A DNA stretch of 64,000 nucleotides from Octopus vulgaris (GCA_951406725.2 OX597841.1:12710001-12774000), one strand, 5' to 3'; counted from the first letter of the stretch, positions 12,388 to 26,697 are shown. The notes: generated by a model from the letters alone, not told the origin. Numbers and translations are program-made.

Positions 12388-12705
12388 AAGACACGTGGCT
12401 TAGTGGTTAGGGTATTCGGCTCACAATCGTAAGGTCATGAGTTCAATTCCTGGTGACGCATTGTGTCCTTGAGCAAGACACTTTATTTCACGTTGCTCCA
12501 GTCCACTCAGCTGGCAAAAATGAGTAGTACCTGTATTTCAAAGGGTCAGCCTTGTCACACTCTGTGTCATGCTGAATCTCCCTGAGAACTACATTAACAG
12601 TACATTTGTCTATGGAGTACTCAGCCACGTTAATTTCATTAGCAAGCTGTTCCGTTGATCGCATCAGTTGGGACCCTCGTCATCGTTACCAACGGAGTGC
12701 TCCTC
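12388..12705 (+). mobile_element. tRNA-derived SINE family C (CORE-like middle), nested in a piggyBac-like MITE (~12343-13148)
   Basis: GTGGCTTAGTGGTTAGG..GAGTTCAATTCC..GTGTCCTTGAGCAAGACACTT; flanking duplication CACAGCATTT(T)GT at 12374 and 12706; host ends GTACCAGAAAGG|TTAA at ~13148. Confidence 0.7.
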
Positions 12706-14039
12706 CACAGCATTTGTTTTAATTAATTTTGAAATTAATGAGGAATATAGGAAAAGGGCAAGTGCCTACTACAGCCTTGGGAGTGGATTTGGTAGATGGA
12801 AACTGAAGGAAGCCCTACTTGTTCGTATGTATGCATATGTGTGTGTACATGTGCGTGTCTTTTGTTTGTCTTCCACCACCCTCTGATAACCGGCGTTGGT
12901 GTGTTTATGTCCCTACAACTTAGCCATTCAGCAAAAGAGGCTGATAGAGCAAGTACACCAGGCTTACAAAGCAAAAAAAAAAAAAGTAACGGGGTTGATT
13001 TGTTCAACAAAAGATTCTTCGAGGTAGTGCCCCAGCTTGGCCACAGTCCAATGGCTATGGAAAGATTTAATTAAGATTATTTCATGACCGGAAGTTTGTA
13101 CGACAGAATCAGGAGAGGAATGGCTCCAGCCTGGTCGGTACCAGAAAGGTTAAAAGAAGTCATTAGGGAGTTCATATTCCCAAGAAAATATATTTTAAGG
13201 ATTCAATTTCTTCTCTAAACACAACTGAGAAGATTTTGTTTATTCTTTCATCCAACTTGTTTATCTGTCATTTGGCTACGGGGGGGGGGGGAGCTGGGGG
13301 GAGGCTGGGGAGCTGTCTGTCTATATGCATGTATATATATATGTGTATGGGTGTGTGTGTGTATATATATATATGTATCTATATACAGGTATGTATGTGT
13401 GAGTATATATATGTATGTATGTGTGTATATATATATATGTATGTATTTGTATGAACATGCATGTATGTGTATGTATATATATATATATATACATATATAT
13501 GTGTGTGTGTGCGTATGTACATTAGCTATATATGTGTGTGCGTATGTGCCTAGGTACATATGTATGTGTGTATATGCAATCATATGCATGTGTTTGCACT
13601 TGGGTATATGTGTGTGTGTGCATGTATTGTTTTGTGTATATGTTTATGTGTGTGTTTCCTTACACACAATGCACACAGCACATACACTCATACACAGCAC
13701 ACACACTCATACACACACACACACACACATTGTTTTAACGAAAGTGAAAAACATTGTTAAGTGAGGAAGAAAAGAGTTGATTGCTGGATCCAAATGACCA
13801 CCCCTACTGTTCCAAGAATATAAAATTATCCAAAATATATCTCAAGTTTTTTTTTTTTCAAATATTAAGACAGCTAATGGGATCCCTTTTAATAACTGAG
13901 TGGCCCCTGGTGGACACTGTTCCATTCTATTGTTACTGCCCTCTCTTGACTGAGACGGGGCCTCGTAACATCCCATCTTAAATGTGCTGGCACACTGGAG
14001 CGAGCGATACTGTTGCTAAATATAGGGAAATTACATTAA

Positions 14040-14260
14040 CCCTTTCGTTACTGTATTTATTTTAAGATGCTCTGTCTTTCTTTCAGTTACTTTAAATATA
14101 AGAAAGAATTTAGTAAAATAACTTTGTTATCATTTAGCTAGTGTTAGGGACATAAATTGTGACTAAGGTTTGGTGGAAGATTTTAATTCAGAACTTATGA
14201 AAACAAGACATTTGTACAACAGAACCAGAAGTGGTTTCAGTCAGGTTGGTAACGAAAGGG
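14040..14260. mobile_element. piggyBac-type MITE
   Basis: Perfect 12-bp TIRs CCCTTTCGTTAC / GTAACGAAAGGG flanked by TTAA on both sides; related left end at ~52932. Confidence 0.9.
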
Positions 14261-14749
14261 TTAAACACACTTCTACATTTGGGCAAACAAGAAGCCACAG
14301 CTTGAAAAGACAGATTTGCATCGTTGGTTGGAGTTCCTTTCTTATTTTGCATTCATAGGACTTTGTCCAGGATTTCTTTTCCTCTCTCTCTCTCTCTCCA
14401 TCTTTGCCTTTCTTTCTTTCTTTCTTTCTCCCCTCCTCTTACTCTCATTGCTTGCCTGTCTCTGTCACTGTCTCTCTTCCTTCTTTCACACTTATACTTG
14501 TTTCAGTCCCTAGACTGTGGCCATGCTGGGGCATTGCGTTGAGACATTTATAAATATACCTTTGTGTGTGTGTGTGAGCTCGTTTATACTTGTGTGTGAG
14601 AGAGAGAGAGAGAGAGAGGGGGAGAGAGAGGGAGAGGGAGAGGGAGGGAGGGTGCTTGATATATTTTTTTCTTTTTACTTTTCGTTTGTAAAATTTTTGT
14701 TTTGAAGAAAAAAAATTCCTTTCGTTTTCTCTCTTCTTCTGTTTAATAG

Positions 14750-15310
14750 CCGAGTAAACTGAACTCTTTCCTGTGGCGCTTGCAAGGTGACACCCCATCC
14801 TATTTATTCGGAACCATCCATGTTCCTTACACCAAAGTCTGGGACTTCATTCCCGACAACACAAAAAAGGCATTCAAACAGGCAGACTATGTCTTCTTCG
14901 AACTGGACCTTACTGATCCCTACACAATTTCAGCCCTAGCAAAATGCCAACTGCTGCCCCACGGGGAGAACCTTTCCAATGTTCTGCCCCGAGATATTTA
15001 CCAAAGACTGAAAAAGCATTTGGATTACATCAAGTTTATGATGCCCGAATGGCTGACGGACGACCAGAAGGGCCGGGGCCTCTACGCGGATTATTTATTC
15101 AATGCCATTGCGGGCAACTGGGAACGAAAGAGACCCGTTTGGATAATGCTTATGGTGAACTCTTTGACTGAGAGTGATATCAAGGCCCGGGGTGTGCCTG
15201 TCTTGGATCTGTACCTGGCACAGGAAGCCGAACGACTCAATAAAATCAATGGTGCCGTGGAGAAAGTTGAAGAACAGTGTGTGCCACTTAACGAGCTTAA
15301 TTTTTCTCAG
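14750..15310 (+). CDS. TRABD2: TIKI/TraB-domain metalloprotease, internal coding exon (561 nt, phase 0/0)
   Basis: Pyrimidine tract + ttaatAG acceptor ending 14749; reads [35 protein letters not shown]...[16 protein letters not shown]...[22 protein letters not shown]...[20 protein letters not shown], recognisably TIKI1/TIKI2 (GTIH and FELD metal-ligand motifs); donor CAG|GTAAGT at 15311. Confidence 0.97.
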
Positions 15311-15387
15311 GTAAGTCATATTTTGTCAACGAAATAACTTGTTATCATTGTCAGGTGACCCTTCTTCCTTTTCAGGGAGTCTTTTAC

Positions 15388-15675
15388 ATCATCATCATCA
15401 TCATCATCATCGTTTAACGTCCGTTTTCCGTGCTAGCATGGGTTGGAAGGTTCGACCGGAGTCTGGGAAGCCAGGGCTGCACCAGGCCCCAGTCTGATCT
15501 GGCAGTGTTTCTACAGCTGGATGCCCTTCCTAACGCCAACCACTCCGCGAGTGTAGTGGGTGCTTTTTACGTGCCACCTGCACAGGTGCCAGGGGGCGGG
15601 GTCTGGCATCGGCCACGATCGGTTGGTGCTTTTAACGTGCCACCGGCATGGAAGCCAGCCAAGGTGGCGCTGGCT
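15388..15675 (-). mobile_element. RTE LINE 3' UTR/tail fragment
   Basis: (CAT)n + CGTTTAACGTCCG...GGATGCCCTTCCTAACGCC; same tail as the coding RTE copy at 38380-39480. Other copies 19100-19280(-), 20480-20775(+), 29250-29608(+), 30000-30165(-), 41360-41545(+), 42640-42900(-), 44135-44480(-), 54915-55305(+). Confidence 0.8.
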
Positions 15676-15954
15676 CAATATTTATTGATTTACTATGGAG
15701 GTGTACTTGCATAGCAAGTGACCTGATCTGAGATCGTGTGCTGGAACGAATACAATTGCAGCGTAGAAGGAGTTTATAAGCCATTTTAAGAAACTCGCAA
15801 AAACCATCTTGTTGGGAAGCAAGCTTCTTACCACAGAGCCATGCCTGCCCCTTTGTTCGACTAAAATCCCTTATAATATATGCATGGATGTGTGTGGGGG
15901 TGTGTGCCTATGGAGATATTTATCCATTTATATACTCTCTTTCTCTTTCTTTTT

Positions 15955-16143
15955 CTTGTTTCAGTCATTTGACTGCAGCCACGCTGGAGCACCGCCTTTA
16001 ATCGAGCAACTCGACCCCGGGACTTATTCTTTTGTAAGCCCAGTACTTATTCTACCGGTCTCTTTTGCCGAATCGCTAAGTGACGGGGACGTAAACACAC
16101 CAACATCGGTTGTCAAGCAATGCTAGGGGGACAAACACACACA

Positions 16144-16186
<43 letters not shown>

Positions 16187-16340
16187 GATGGGCTTCTTTC
16201 AGTTTCCGTCTACCAAATCCACTCACAAGGCTTTGGTCGGCCCGAGGCTATAGTAGAAGACACTTGCCCAAGGTGCCACACAGTGGGACTGAACCCGGAA
16301 CCATGTGGTTGGTAAGCAAGCTACTTACCACACAGCCACT
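15955..16340 (-). mobile_element. SINE family A, near full length
   Basis: Reverse complement of 10613-11008 with high visible identity. Confidence 0.85.
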
Positions 16341-17987
16341 TCTGAGCCTAAATGCATAAATGTGTGTATGATTAAAATCTCTTCAAGGCAGTGCCCCAGC
16401 ATGGCCACGGTCTCATGGTGTGAAACAAGCAAAAGGCAAAAGACAAGATATTGTGGTGGTTTCTTTGTTTCCATTCCACTCAAGTTTCTTTGAGTGGAAT
16501 CTAACAGGAGGAGCAGCAGAAGAGGGGTCTGAGTGTCAGTCGAGGTGTGGGGGTGGGGGTCACAAGGAGAGCAGGGAGAGGAGGAGTAAGAAGGAAATTT
16601 AATGGAACTATAATGACCAAAAGAAGCAGAGAGAGATTATTGCACAGAGGGACCCAGCCATGACCACCACCCCCAACACCACTCTGATATGGAGTTTGTC
16701 TTGCTTCTTTGCAACGGTCGGCAGTCAGATTGTGTGTGTCACTGTCTACTTATATATATGCATGAATGTGTGTGTGTGTGTGTGTGTGTGTGCCTATGCA
16801 GATATATATCCATTTATCTCTTATTATAAAAGGCAGATTTTATCTGCCTCCCTTTGGGAGTTATACAAATCTACAATATAGGATTTCTTTAATTACAATT
16901 TACCTTGCATTTTTAAGAGTACAATGCATTGCGTCATGCCAGGTCCAGTTTTTAAAATTTAAACTCCAATTAAGCAAAATTTACAGAAAACTCACATTCT
17001 TGTGTGTGTGTCAAATGCTTTTCTTAGTCTGGTTTACACCACACGCAAACGCACACACACAGTGGGCAACGAATAAAATGAAAGTAAATAGCGACAGAGT
17101 GATTTGAGGAAGACTAAACTGAAAGTAATTAAACCACTACTCAAAAAATAAAAAAACACAGCAAACAGAAACAAATAAATACATAACCATTTAGTCCTCA
17201 CACAATTTCTTCAATTAGAATTTACCTAAGATTTTTCAAAGTACTCCATTCGCTCATGCCATAATATATTTCTTTCAATTTCACCCCCAATTAAGACAAA
17301 ATTCGAGAAAACTCAATATTTTAACATATCACTCCGAAAGCATTGATGTACATGTGTGCTTGCGAGAGTGTGTGTGTGTGTCATTCCTCACACACACGCA
17401 TACACATACATATACAACTACATACAACTACATACACATACAACTACATACAAACACGTGTGTGTTTGTTATTAGTAAAAAAGGCGCAAAAACACAACTC
17501 ACTTATCATTCCAACACATTTGCAAAGACACACGGAGGACAGAAAAGGTAAATTGGTTTTTATTTTACTCTGTATATATTTTATTATATAATATTATATA
17601 TAGATATATGTATACATAATTGCAGTATGAAACAGTGTTTATGTATAAACAGACGACACTTATATATAGTTACCAAGCCGCCCGAATTTACCTATTCATA
17701 TTTAAATGAGAATATCAGAGCAAATCTCTTTAGTACATTCGTGAAAACACGTATTATACTTCGTAAACACTTCAACTACAGTTTTGTACAAAAATCGAAG
17801 TATAATTTTAATTCCGTGAATTATGGGAGATTTTTTTCCGAAATTTGTTCCTATTGTGTTTTCAAAATTTGTAATTCTGACAAAAAATGGATACGAATTT
17901 CATTATATCAAGCAGCGAGTCAGAATTCGAAGGATTTTCTACTGAAGACCTTCATAAATCTAACTCTATGACTGAAAAAAAAAAGCA

Positions 17988-18370
17988 TCTTTATATAAGA
18001 GTGAAGTTGTGTGTCTGTCTCCTACGATTTCGATTCCTAACTACTCCCACATTTTGCGGTGCAGTTTAACCAAAAGCGGGTATCTTATAGTCGTGATTCA
18101 TATCGAGCCCTTCTGGGTATTAGCGTGCGTCTACGATGAGTCTACGATTTAAAAAAAATTTACCATCATATTTTTCCATTTTAATGCATTTTTTTCGCTT
18201 TTATATAAGGGAAGTAACTCTCTAAAAATATCTACGATGTGTCAACGATTTAAAAAATATTTACCTTAATTTTTTTTCAATTTTTAATGCATTTTTTGGC
18301 TATAACTCTCTAAAAATGCTTATATAGTTATTTCCCTTACAACCCGAGCAACGCCGGGCGATACTGCTAG
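17988..18370 (+). mobile_element. Non-autonomous Helitron
   Basis: Inserted between A17987 and T18371; starts TCTTTATATAAG, ends with hairpin CCCG-AGCAACGC-CGGG (18343-18358) and CTAG; no TSD; internal ~100-bp direct duplication. Confidence 0.85.
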
Positions 18371-19871
18371 TATGTGTATAAATGTGTATAACTAAAGTAT
18401 CTTAGTTCAATACCCTACCATGTATATATATGTGTGTGTGTGTATGTGTATACATATATATATATATAAATATATACATATATGTGTGTGCGTATATATA
18501 TGTGTGTGTTTATATATTTGTGTGTATACATATATATATATAAATATATATATATATATGTATGTATGTATATATATATGTGTGTATGTATACATATATA
18601 TATATGTAACATATCTACAGACCCATAAATGCTTCATTTGATAAAGTTTATCAAAGAGCTCTTTGATAGATTTTACAAATGAATTATCCACCCCCACCCC
18701 CACTCACATAAGTATCTATACGTGTGTGTGTGCGTACGTGTGTGTGTGTGTACGGACGTGTCTTTTGTAAAGAATTTCTTTATTGAGTTATAACTGCATT
18801 ACAAATTCCATGTCTTAAAGATTTCCTTTTTGATTGAGGCTAATCTCATTATTATCACACACACACACACACATTATATATATATATATATATATACATG
18901 TAATTGTGTTTGTGTATGTATGTATATATGTATGTGTCTGCATGAATGTATATATATGTATATGTACGTATGTATGTGTACGTGTCCATTCATGTGTGTG
19001 TGTGTGTGTTTGCATTTGTATACATGTCTGCTTGTGCGTATATGTGTATATACATCTATATACACACATGTACATATGTACACACACACACATAACATCA
19101 TCTTCATCATCATTTAACATCCATTTTCCATGCTGGCATGGGTGGAACGCTTTTCACAGGAAATGGCTCACCACATGACTGTACCAGACTTTGCTGTCTC
19201 ATTTGACATGGTTTCTACAGCTAGATGCCCTTCCTGATGCCCACCACTTTACAGAGATTACTAGTTGTTTTTTATGTCCCCCCCCCCCCCAGAGCACTGG
19301 AGATATACCAAGTAACACTGCATAAGAAAGAGCCCTGGATAAGAGGAGTGATGGCCGTAAGAATTCTTTTATAAACTTGTAAGAGAACAAGAAATAATTC
19401 TGTCCTGAAATATCTCAAACCACCACAAAATGTGATAAATAACAGCATTGGAATGTTGGGCTGGGAAAGCATTTTGGAAAGGAAAATCAGACATCAGCTG
19501 TGGGACTGAAACCTACATCTCTTGTAGATGTTCTACCATCAGACCAAAGCAATTTTGGACCTCATATTTACTTGCTGTTATTTATAGTTCAATGTGTTTG
19601 CTTTATTATATTCCACATAACAATTAAATCACGTTTTCTTGAAAGTTCATTGAAAACTTGTTATGACATCAACAGCATACAATTGTCGGTGCTAAGAATA
19701 AAATGTCTAAAGTGGAGAGAGAAATTCAAAGGATTGCTTTGGTCCAATGGTAGAAAGCCTGTCGTGATTACAGAAGATGAGGGTTCAAGAACCATGGACA
19801 CCCTTTGACTCTTTCTTAGCTTTTACCAGCTGTTCTTTATAGCTATTCTTTATAGCTATATATATATATGA

Positions 19872-20088
19872 AGGAGAGGGGCTTTCTCCGTCCGGGTTGC
19901 AGTTCCGTGGAATAAGCTGCCGGACGAGATAGTGAAGATGCCGACGACCGCTCGGTTCAAAGTCTCCCTTGATCACAAATGGCCTGAACTCTTTGCATGA
20001 ACACCACCCTGTACATAACTCCATGTCCCCCTGCATGGCCTTGCTTTTTGCTTTTTGAGCCAAAAAATTAACTTAACTTTAACTTAAC
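19872..20088 (+). mobile_element. CR1-group LINE 3' end
   Basis: RRGAFSVRVAVPWNKLPDEIVKMPTTARFKVSLDHKWPELFA* (19872-20000; F.S.RV..WN.LP....FK..LD motif), short 3' UTR, (TAACT)-like tail. Confidence 0.85.
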
Positions 20089-20353
20089 ATATCTGAAAAA
20101 TCAGAAAAATCAGAAAATATGCTTGGCTACTGGTTTTAAATTGATATTAATTAAATTAATATTCAATTTATCTCCCTCATTATTTAAATTTATATATATA
20201 TAAAAATTTGATTAGAAGATATGTTAACTTCATGAAGGGATGGTTGTATCCAAGGAAATACTGGTTCAATAATTAGCATTTTTGCGGGGATGAAATTCCC
20301 TTAAAACAAAAGGAATATATATTAAGAATATAATTTATATTCATTTAAAAGAA

Positions 20354-20470
20354 GAAAGGAAAATGGAGATTAGAAAGTTAATAAGTGTTTATTATTAACA
20401 ACAAAGTGAAGAAGACCAATTTGTTGTTAATAATAGACAATTATTAACTTCCTACACTCCATTTTCTTTT
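20354..20470. repeat. Imperfect hairpin, ~50-bp arms, 8-nt loop
   Basis: GAAAATGGAG..AGTTAATAA..TATTATTAACAACAAA mirrors TTTGTTGTTAATAATA..TTATTAACT..CTCCATTTTC. Confidence 0.75.
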
Positions 20471-20783
20471 CGTCGTGTTGCCTTAGTGGCACTTGTGCTG
20501 GTGGCACATGAGAAATCATTCGAGCAAGGTCGTTGCCAGTGCACCATTTGAGCATGACCATTGCCAGTGCCACCTGACTGGCCATCGTGCCCATGGCACA
20601 TAAAAGCGCCCACTACACTCTTCGAGTGGTTGGCATTAGGAAGGGCATCCAGCTGTAGAAAACCATGTCAAATCAGACTGGAGCCTGATGCAGCCTTCTA
20701 GCTTGTCAGTTCTCACGTCAAACCATCCAACCCATGCCAGCATGGAAAGCAGATGTTAAACGATGATGATGACAACGATAATG

Positions 20784-20970
<187 letters not shown>

Positions 20971-21038
20971 TACACGCATATGTGTGTGTGTTTGTGTATG
21001 TGTGTATATATATACATATGTATCTATGTGTGTGTATA

Positions 21039-21070
<32 letters not shown>

Positions 21071-21071
21071 C

Positions 21072-21106
<35 letters not shown>

Positions 21107-21721
21107 CTATCCAGACACATGTATATGATGATGATGCTATGTGTGTGTGTGTATGTATGTATGTATATATGTATGTATGTATATACACACACACACATAT
21201 ACACACTGACTGCAAGTGTGTCAGTGACCAGGTCAGAAAAGTACGAGGGGAGACATTAACTTTGAAGAAAGAAATACTTTGAGTAAATAAATAAACGAGT
21301 TTTTGTGTCATTAAATGTTAAGAATATCTCTACAGTGGTCTACGTACTGACTGTGTATGTACACACACACATATATATATATATAACATATATATATATA
21401 TATACACATACATAAATACACATGCAGACGTCTGTATGTGTGTATGTGTGTATATATATATTTGCTTCGTATATAGTTACCGATTCTTATCTGAATATCT
21501 GATTAAAATAACTTCACTGCAAAAAGCCAGGGAAATTATCGCAGAAATGACGGCAACATATACACACTAACACGAATTAATATATACACACACATATTTA
21601 AGTTTGTACATATGTATATGTACAAATGTGCATATATACATACATACATGTCGAGTATCTATATGTGTGTGTATGTATGCATATATGTGTGTGTGTGTTT
21701 GTGTACATATATATATGCATG

Positions 21722-21753
<32 letters not shown>

Positions 21754-21783
21754 CACACACATACATATGTATATATATATGTA

Positions 21784-21830
<47 letters not shown>

Positions 21831-21833
<3 letters not shown>

Positions 21834-21894
21834 TCCCGGGTTGAGTCGGGGTTGAATGAAACAGTTCTAGTCCTGTAGAAGTTCCTTCTATAAA

Positions 21895-21900
<6 letters not shown>
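21831..21900. repeat. Internal-deletion derivative of element 4731-4927
   Basis: Same left end AGGTCCCGGGTTGAGTCGGGGTT joined directly to GAATGAAACAGTTCTAG...ATAAAATAAAT; flanked by (TA)n. Confidence 0.8.
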
Positions 21901-21931
<31 letters not shown>

Positions 21932-21951
21932 TGTATGTATATATGTATATG

Positions 21952-21987
<36 letters not shown>

Positions 21988-22625
21988 ATATGTATATATG
22001 TATATATATATTTCTATATATATATATTTATATACATGTGTATATATGCATATATGTATATATACACATATGTATATCATTATACATGTATGTATATATG
22101 TGCGTATGTGTGTGTATTTAGTTAACTTACACGCATGCTGGAAATGTAAAAAAAAGACATAAATATAGAAATATAGACATGTATACACACACATATACAT
22201 ACACACTCATACACACACTTACACACACACACACACGTTTGTATACACATGTTTATATATCCTTGTGTTCAGTAATACCCTTAAAACCCGGGTACATTAA
22301 CAGGAGGGTAGAGGACAGGGGTAGATGCTGCTGGAAAGAGATCCCCTTGAATGCTTTCAAAACAATTGTGCGTGCGTGCGTGTGTGTGCAAGTGTGTGAG
22401 TATGTATTTAAAGCCTAAAGCCTTGTGAGTGGATTTAGCAGACGGAAACTGAAAGAAGCCTGTTGTATATATATTTATATATGTATATATATATTTATAT
22501 ACATATATATATTTATATATGTATATATATATATATTTATATATGTATATATATTGATATATGTATATATATTTATATATGTATATATATTGATATATGT
22601 ATATATATTTATATATGTATATGTA

Positions 22626-22689
<64 letters not shown>

Positions 22690-22934
22690 TGCTTGTCCCC
22701 ACCACCGTTGCTTGACAACCAGTGTTGGTGCGTTTATGTTCGTGTAACTTAGTGGTTCGATAAACAGAATTGATAGAACTAGCACCAGGCTTCAAAAAAG
22801 TATATACAAATAAGCAACGAGGTCGTTTCATTCGCCTAAAACGCTTCTAGACAGTGCTCCAGCACGGCCACAGTCGAATGCCTGAAACAAGTAAAAAAAT
22901 AAAAGAAAAGAAGAATATGTGCTTTATTCATGTA

Positions 22935-22966
<32 letters not shown>

Positions 22967-23000
22967 CACACACATATATATCCATATCTATCTGTATATG

Positions 23001-23037
<37 letters not shown>

Positions 23038-23198
23038 TTATAAATATGTATATATATATATATATATTATATATTTATATAATATATATATATATTTATA
23101 TAATATATATGTATATATAATATATATGTATTTGTATATATAATATATATATATGTATATATGCATATATACATATATACATATATATATATGTGTGT

Positions 23199-23244
<46 letters not shown>

Positions 23245-23272
23245 TAAACCTCGCCATGTTAAATATTTAAAC

Positions 23273-23336
23273 CACCTGATGAATGACTGTAACTCGAAAA
23301 TTTAAAGAAATTAACAGCCATGAAACGATCGTAGTG
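23273..23336 (+). ncRNA. Minimal hammerhead ribozyme motif, intact, sense to TIKI intron
   Basis: CAC-CTGATGA(23276)-ATGACTGT...ACAGCCAT-GAAA(23322)-CGATCG-TA-GTG; palindromic ACGATCGT stem III; predicted cut after A23333. Confidence 0.82.
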
Positions 23337-23467
23337 ATATATTAATTATATTTTTTTAATAATTTTGTTATATATTTAAATAATATAAATTAATTAATCT
23401 TATGTATTGGCTTAAGTTTTTCATTGTATGATTTGCCTAATAGTGGTTTTATCTCTAATTTAATATA

Positions 23468-23499
<32 letters not shown>

Positions 23500-23880
23500 A
23501 GGCACAATGGCCCAGTGGTTAGGGCAGCGGACTTGCAGTCATAGGAGCGCTGTTTTGATTTGCCGACCAGGCATTGTGAGTGTTTATGTAGCGAAAACAC
23601 CTAAAGCTACACGAGGCTCCGACAGGGGATGGTGGTGATCCCTGCTCTACTCTTTCACCACAATTTTCTCTCACTCTTTCTTCCTGTTTCTGTTGTACCT
23701 GTAAGTCACAAGTGGCCAGCCTTGTCACATTCCGTGTCATGCTGAATCTCCCTGAGAACTACGTTAAGGGTACATGTGTCTGTGGAATACTCAGCCACTT
23801 GCGCGTTAATTTCACAAGCAGGCTCTTCCATTGATCGGGTCAACTGGGGCCCCTTGATGTCGCAACCAACGGAGTGCCAC
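23500..23880 (+). mobile_element. tRNA-derived SINE, family D head + family C tail
   Basis: Head AGGCACAATGGCCCAGTGGTTAGGGCAGCGGACT shared with 47065-47350; tail CCTTGTCACA..GCTGAATCTCCCTGAGAACTAC..CCAACGGAGTGC shared with 12530-12700. Confidence 0.75.
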
Positions 23881-25648
23881 GATGTATGTGCACGTGTGTG
23901 TGTGTGTGTATGTATTTATAGCTTTGATATATACTTTATATACACAAACATGCATATATATTAGCATGTGCACATTGACATTTATACCTGTATTACAAGC
24001 ACACACATACACACACACACACATACACACAGCTTTGTACAAGTACTGTGCAAAACTTTGGCATGCACCCCGGCTTTCCACCCTCACCCCACCCCACTTC
24101 CCCCGTCTGTACCTACCCGGGGTTTCGAAACAAAATACCCGTTTACAATTTCGTTAAATCTTTAAACGGTCGTCATATTTAGGTTAACACCCTCTCCAGA
24201 AGTTGTTAATACATCAGCGCCGAAGTGAACGGAACCCTCTCGGGGCTCCCGAAACCCGACACGTTCGTCTCGCTTGTTTGCCTCTTGATGTTTTCCAACC
24301 TGAAATTCATAACAAATTCTGTGTCTTGGATAATAATATCACCCCAAATCGGGTGGCGGAAGGGTGGGTGGGGGAGGGGTGGTGGAACCAAACGAAATAA
24401 ACACATGTAGAGTGAGAATTAAACATCTAAAAAACACTGCCCCTGCTCCATCCATGGCGCAACGAGAGGAAGAAGTGTGGAGGGCATGGTTGGCTGCTTG
24501 AGCTGGAAGAATTAACGACAGAATTTCTACCCTACCCAACCCCACCCTCCGAAATGACTCCCTGTTACTTCGGATTTTAATTTTAAAACGACGGGGTGGG
24601 GTGGGGAATATAAAATGGAATTCGTTGCGAAATGTTGTTCAGTGCAATTGGATTTTTGAAAGTTAGACTGGCATGAGGTGGTCGTGGTTGGATTTCCGTT
24701 CAGGAATGTATTGCTTGAATGAATGGTTGATTGACAAGAACTGAACAACAATGGCAATTTCGAAATACATTAGAAGAATGTAGTCCAAGATACATGATGT
24801 CGTAATTGTCGTTGGCGTCACCACTACAACCACCAACAACAACAATATTATTATTATCATCACAACAACTACCACAACCATCACCACCACTACAACTACT
24901 TATACTATTACTACTACTACTACTTCTACTACTACTGCTGCTGCTACTTCTACTACTGCCATCACCACTGCCGCTACCACCGCCCCTTCTACAACACTAC
25001 AATAGAAATTTATTTCTTTGTGCCACCAGCACCAGTGGGGTTGCCAAATATTTTGTTTATTCTCTGGTGATAAGTCAAGAAATAATTTACGTATGTAAAC
25101 GATGTTTTGGCTCATTAGAGAGGGGACACACATTTGATCTTCTTGTCAAAGACTTAATTATTTGATCCAAATATTAGTCATGGAAACTGATTTTTTTCTT
25201 CTTATCATTATAAAAAAAAAAATTCTTACCTGACCTGATTGTTTTTATGTAAACTATTCTTTTGATTCATCAGAGGAGAGCCAAAGCCTCAAACCTTTTC
25301 TTATTGTCAAAGACTTCATCAATTCATTTGAATACATTTTTATAAACTAATTTCTAACACCAAACAGGATACACAAAACCTCACACTTTACTTTTGAAAA
25401 TCTTTTTTGATATATATATATAATATAGGAGTGGCTGTGTGGTAAGTAGCTTGCTTCCCAACCACATGGTTCTGGGTTCAGTCTCACTGCCTGGCACCTT
25501 GGGCAAGTGTCTTCTGCTATAGCCTTGGGCCAACCAAAGCCTCTATGGTTCCGGGTTCATGTGGTTGGGAAGCAAGCAATGCTCATATATACACAACTAA
25601 ATACACATACACAGATATGTGTATATGCCGATAAACATATACACATAT

Positions 25649-25689
<41 letters not shown>

Positions 25690-25786
25690 GCTCACATATA
25701 TTTACACACACATATATATGTACAGAGACATACAGTCACATATATTTTAGCTGTGTATATAAATGTATATATGCACACACGCCCAA

Positions 25787-25828
<42 letters not shown>

Positions 25829-26182
25829 GTTTGTATGTATGTGTATATGCATACATGTGTGCGTGTGTGTACGTACCAGTTCACAATCGATGCAGGCAGT
25901 CTTGGTCTGATACACAAAAACAGTAGAATTAGCGATCAATTATAGATTATAGATTAGAGATCAATAAAGTTAATGCTGGACGGATGTAAGGACTGGAGTC
26001 AGAGTGATTGAGTGAAGTCTTTTTAAGTGATGCCCCAGCATGGCCACGATCAAACGTCCAAAACCCAGTGAGAAGATAAACCTATAAACCAATACAAAGC
26101 AATCTTCTACACACTAACATGTATGCATAGAAATGACTGTAGTGTGTGTATGTGTGTGTGTGTATATATATGTGTGTGTGTG

Positions 26183-26218
<36 letters not shown>

Positions 26219-26608
26219 AGTATGTGTGATGTATATACATATTGATATGTATGTGTATATATGTGTGTGTGTGTGTATGTATGTATATGTGTGTGTATGT
26301 ATGTATATGTGTGTGTATGTATGTATGTGTGTGTGTGTATAAGTGTATGTTTGATGTATATACATATTGATATGTATGTGTATATATATGTGTGTGTGTG
26401 TATGTATGTATGTGTGTATGTGTGTGTGTGTATGTATATATTTCTCCTATATGTGCATGCATGTGTATATAAGTATATATGTATTTACATAGTATTCACA
26501 CATACATAGAATGAGGTACATACACATACAAATAAATACATACATGTATGTGTATACACACACACACACATATATATATGCTATAGTACATAAGTATATA
26601 CATATGAA

Positions 26609-26649
<41 letters not shown>

Positions 26650-26697
26650 CGCGCACGTGCACCTACACTCAAACACAATTGCTTACGTATGTGTCTG

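Noticed and set aside
14780-15337. ORF-track boundaries (TTG start, stop at 15337; likewise 58671-59018) as standalone genes
   Set aside because: Homology extends upstream to the AG acceptor and stops at GT donors; these are internal exons.
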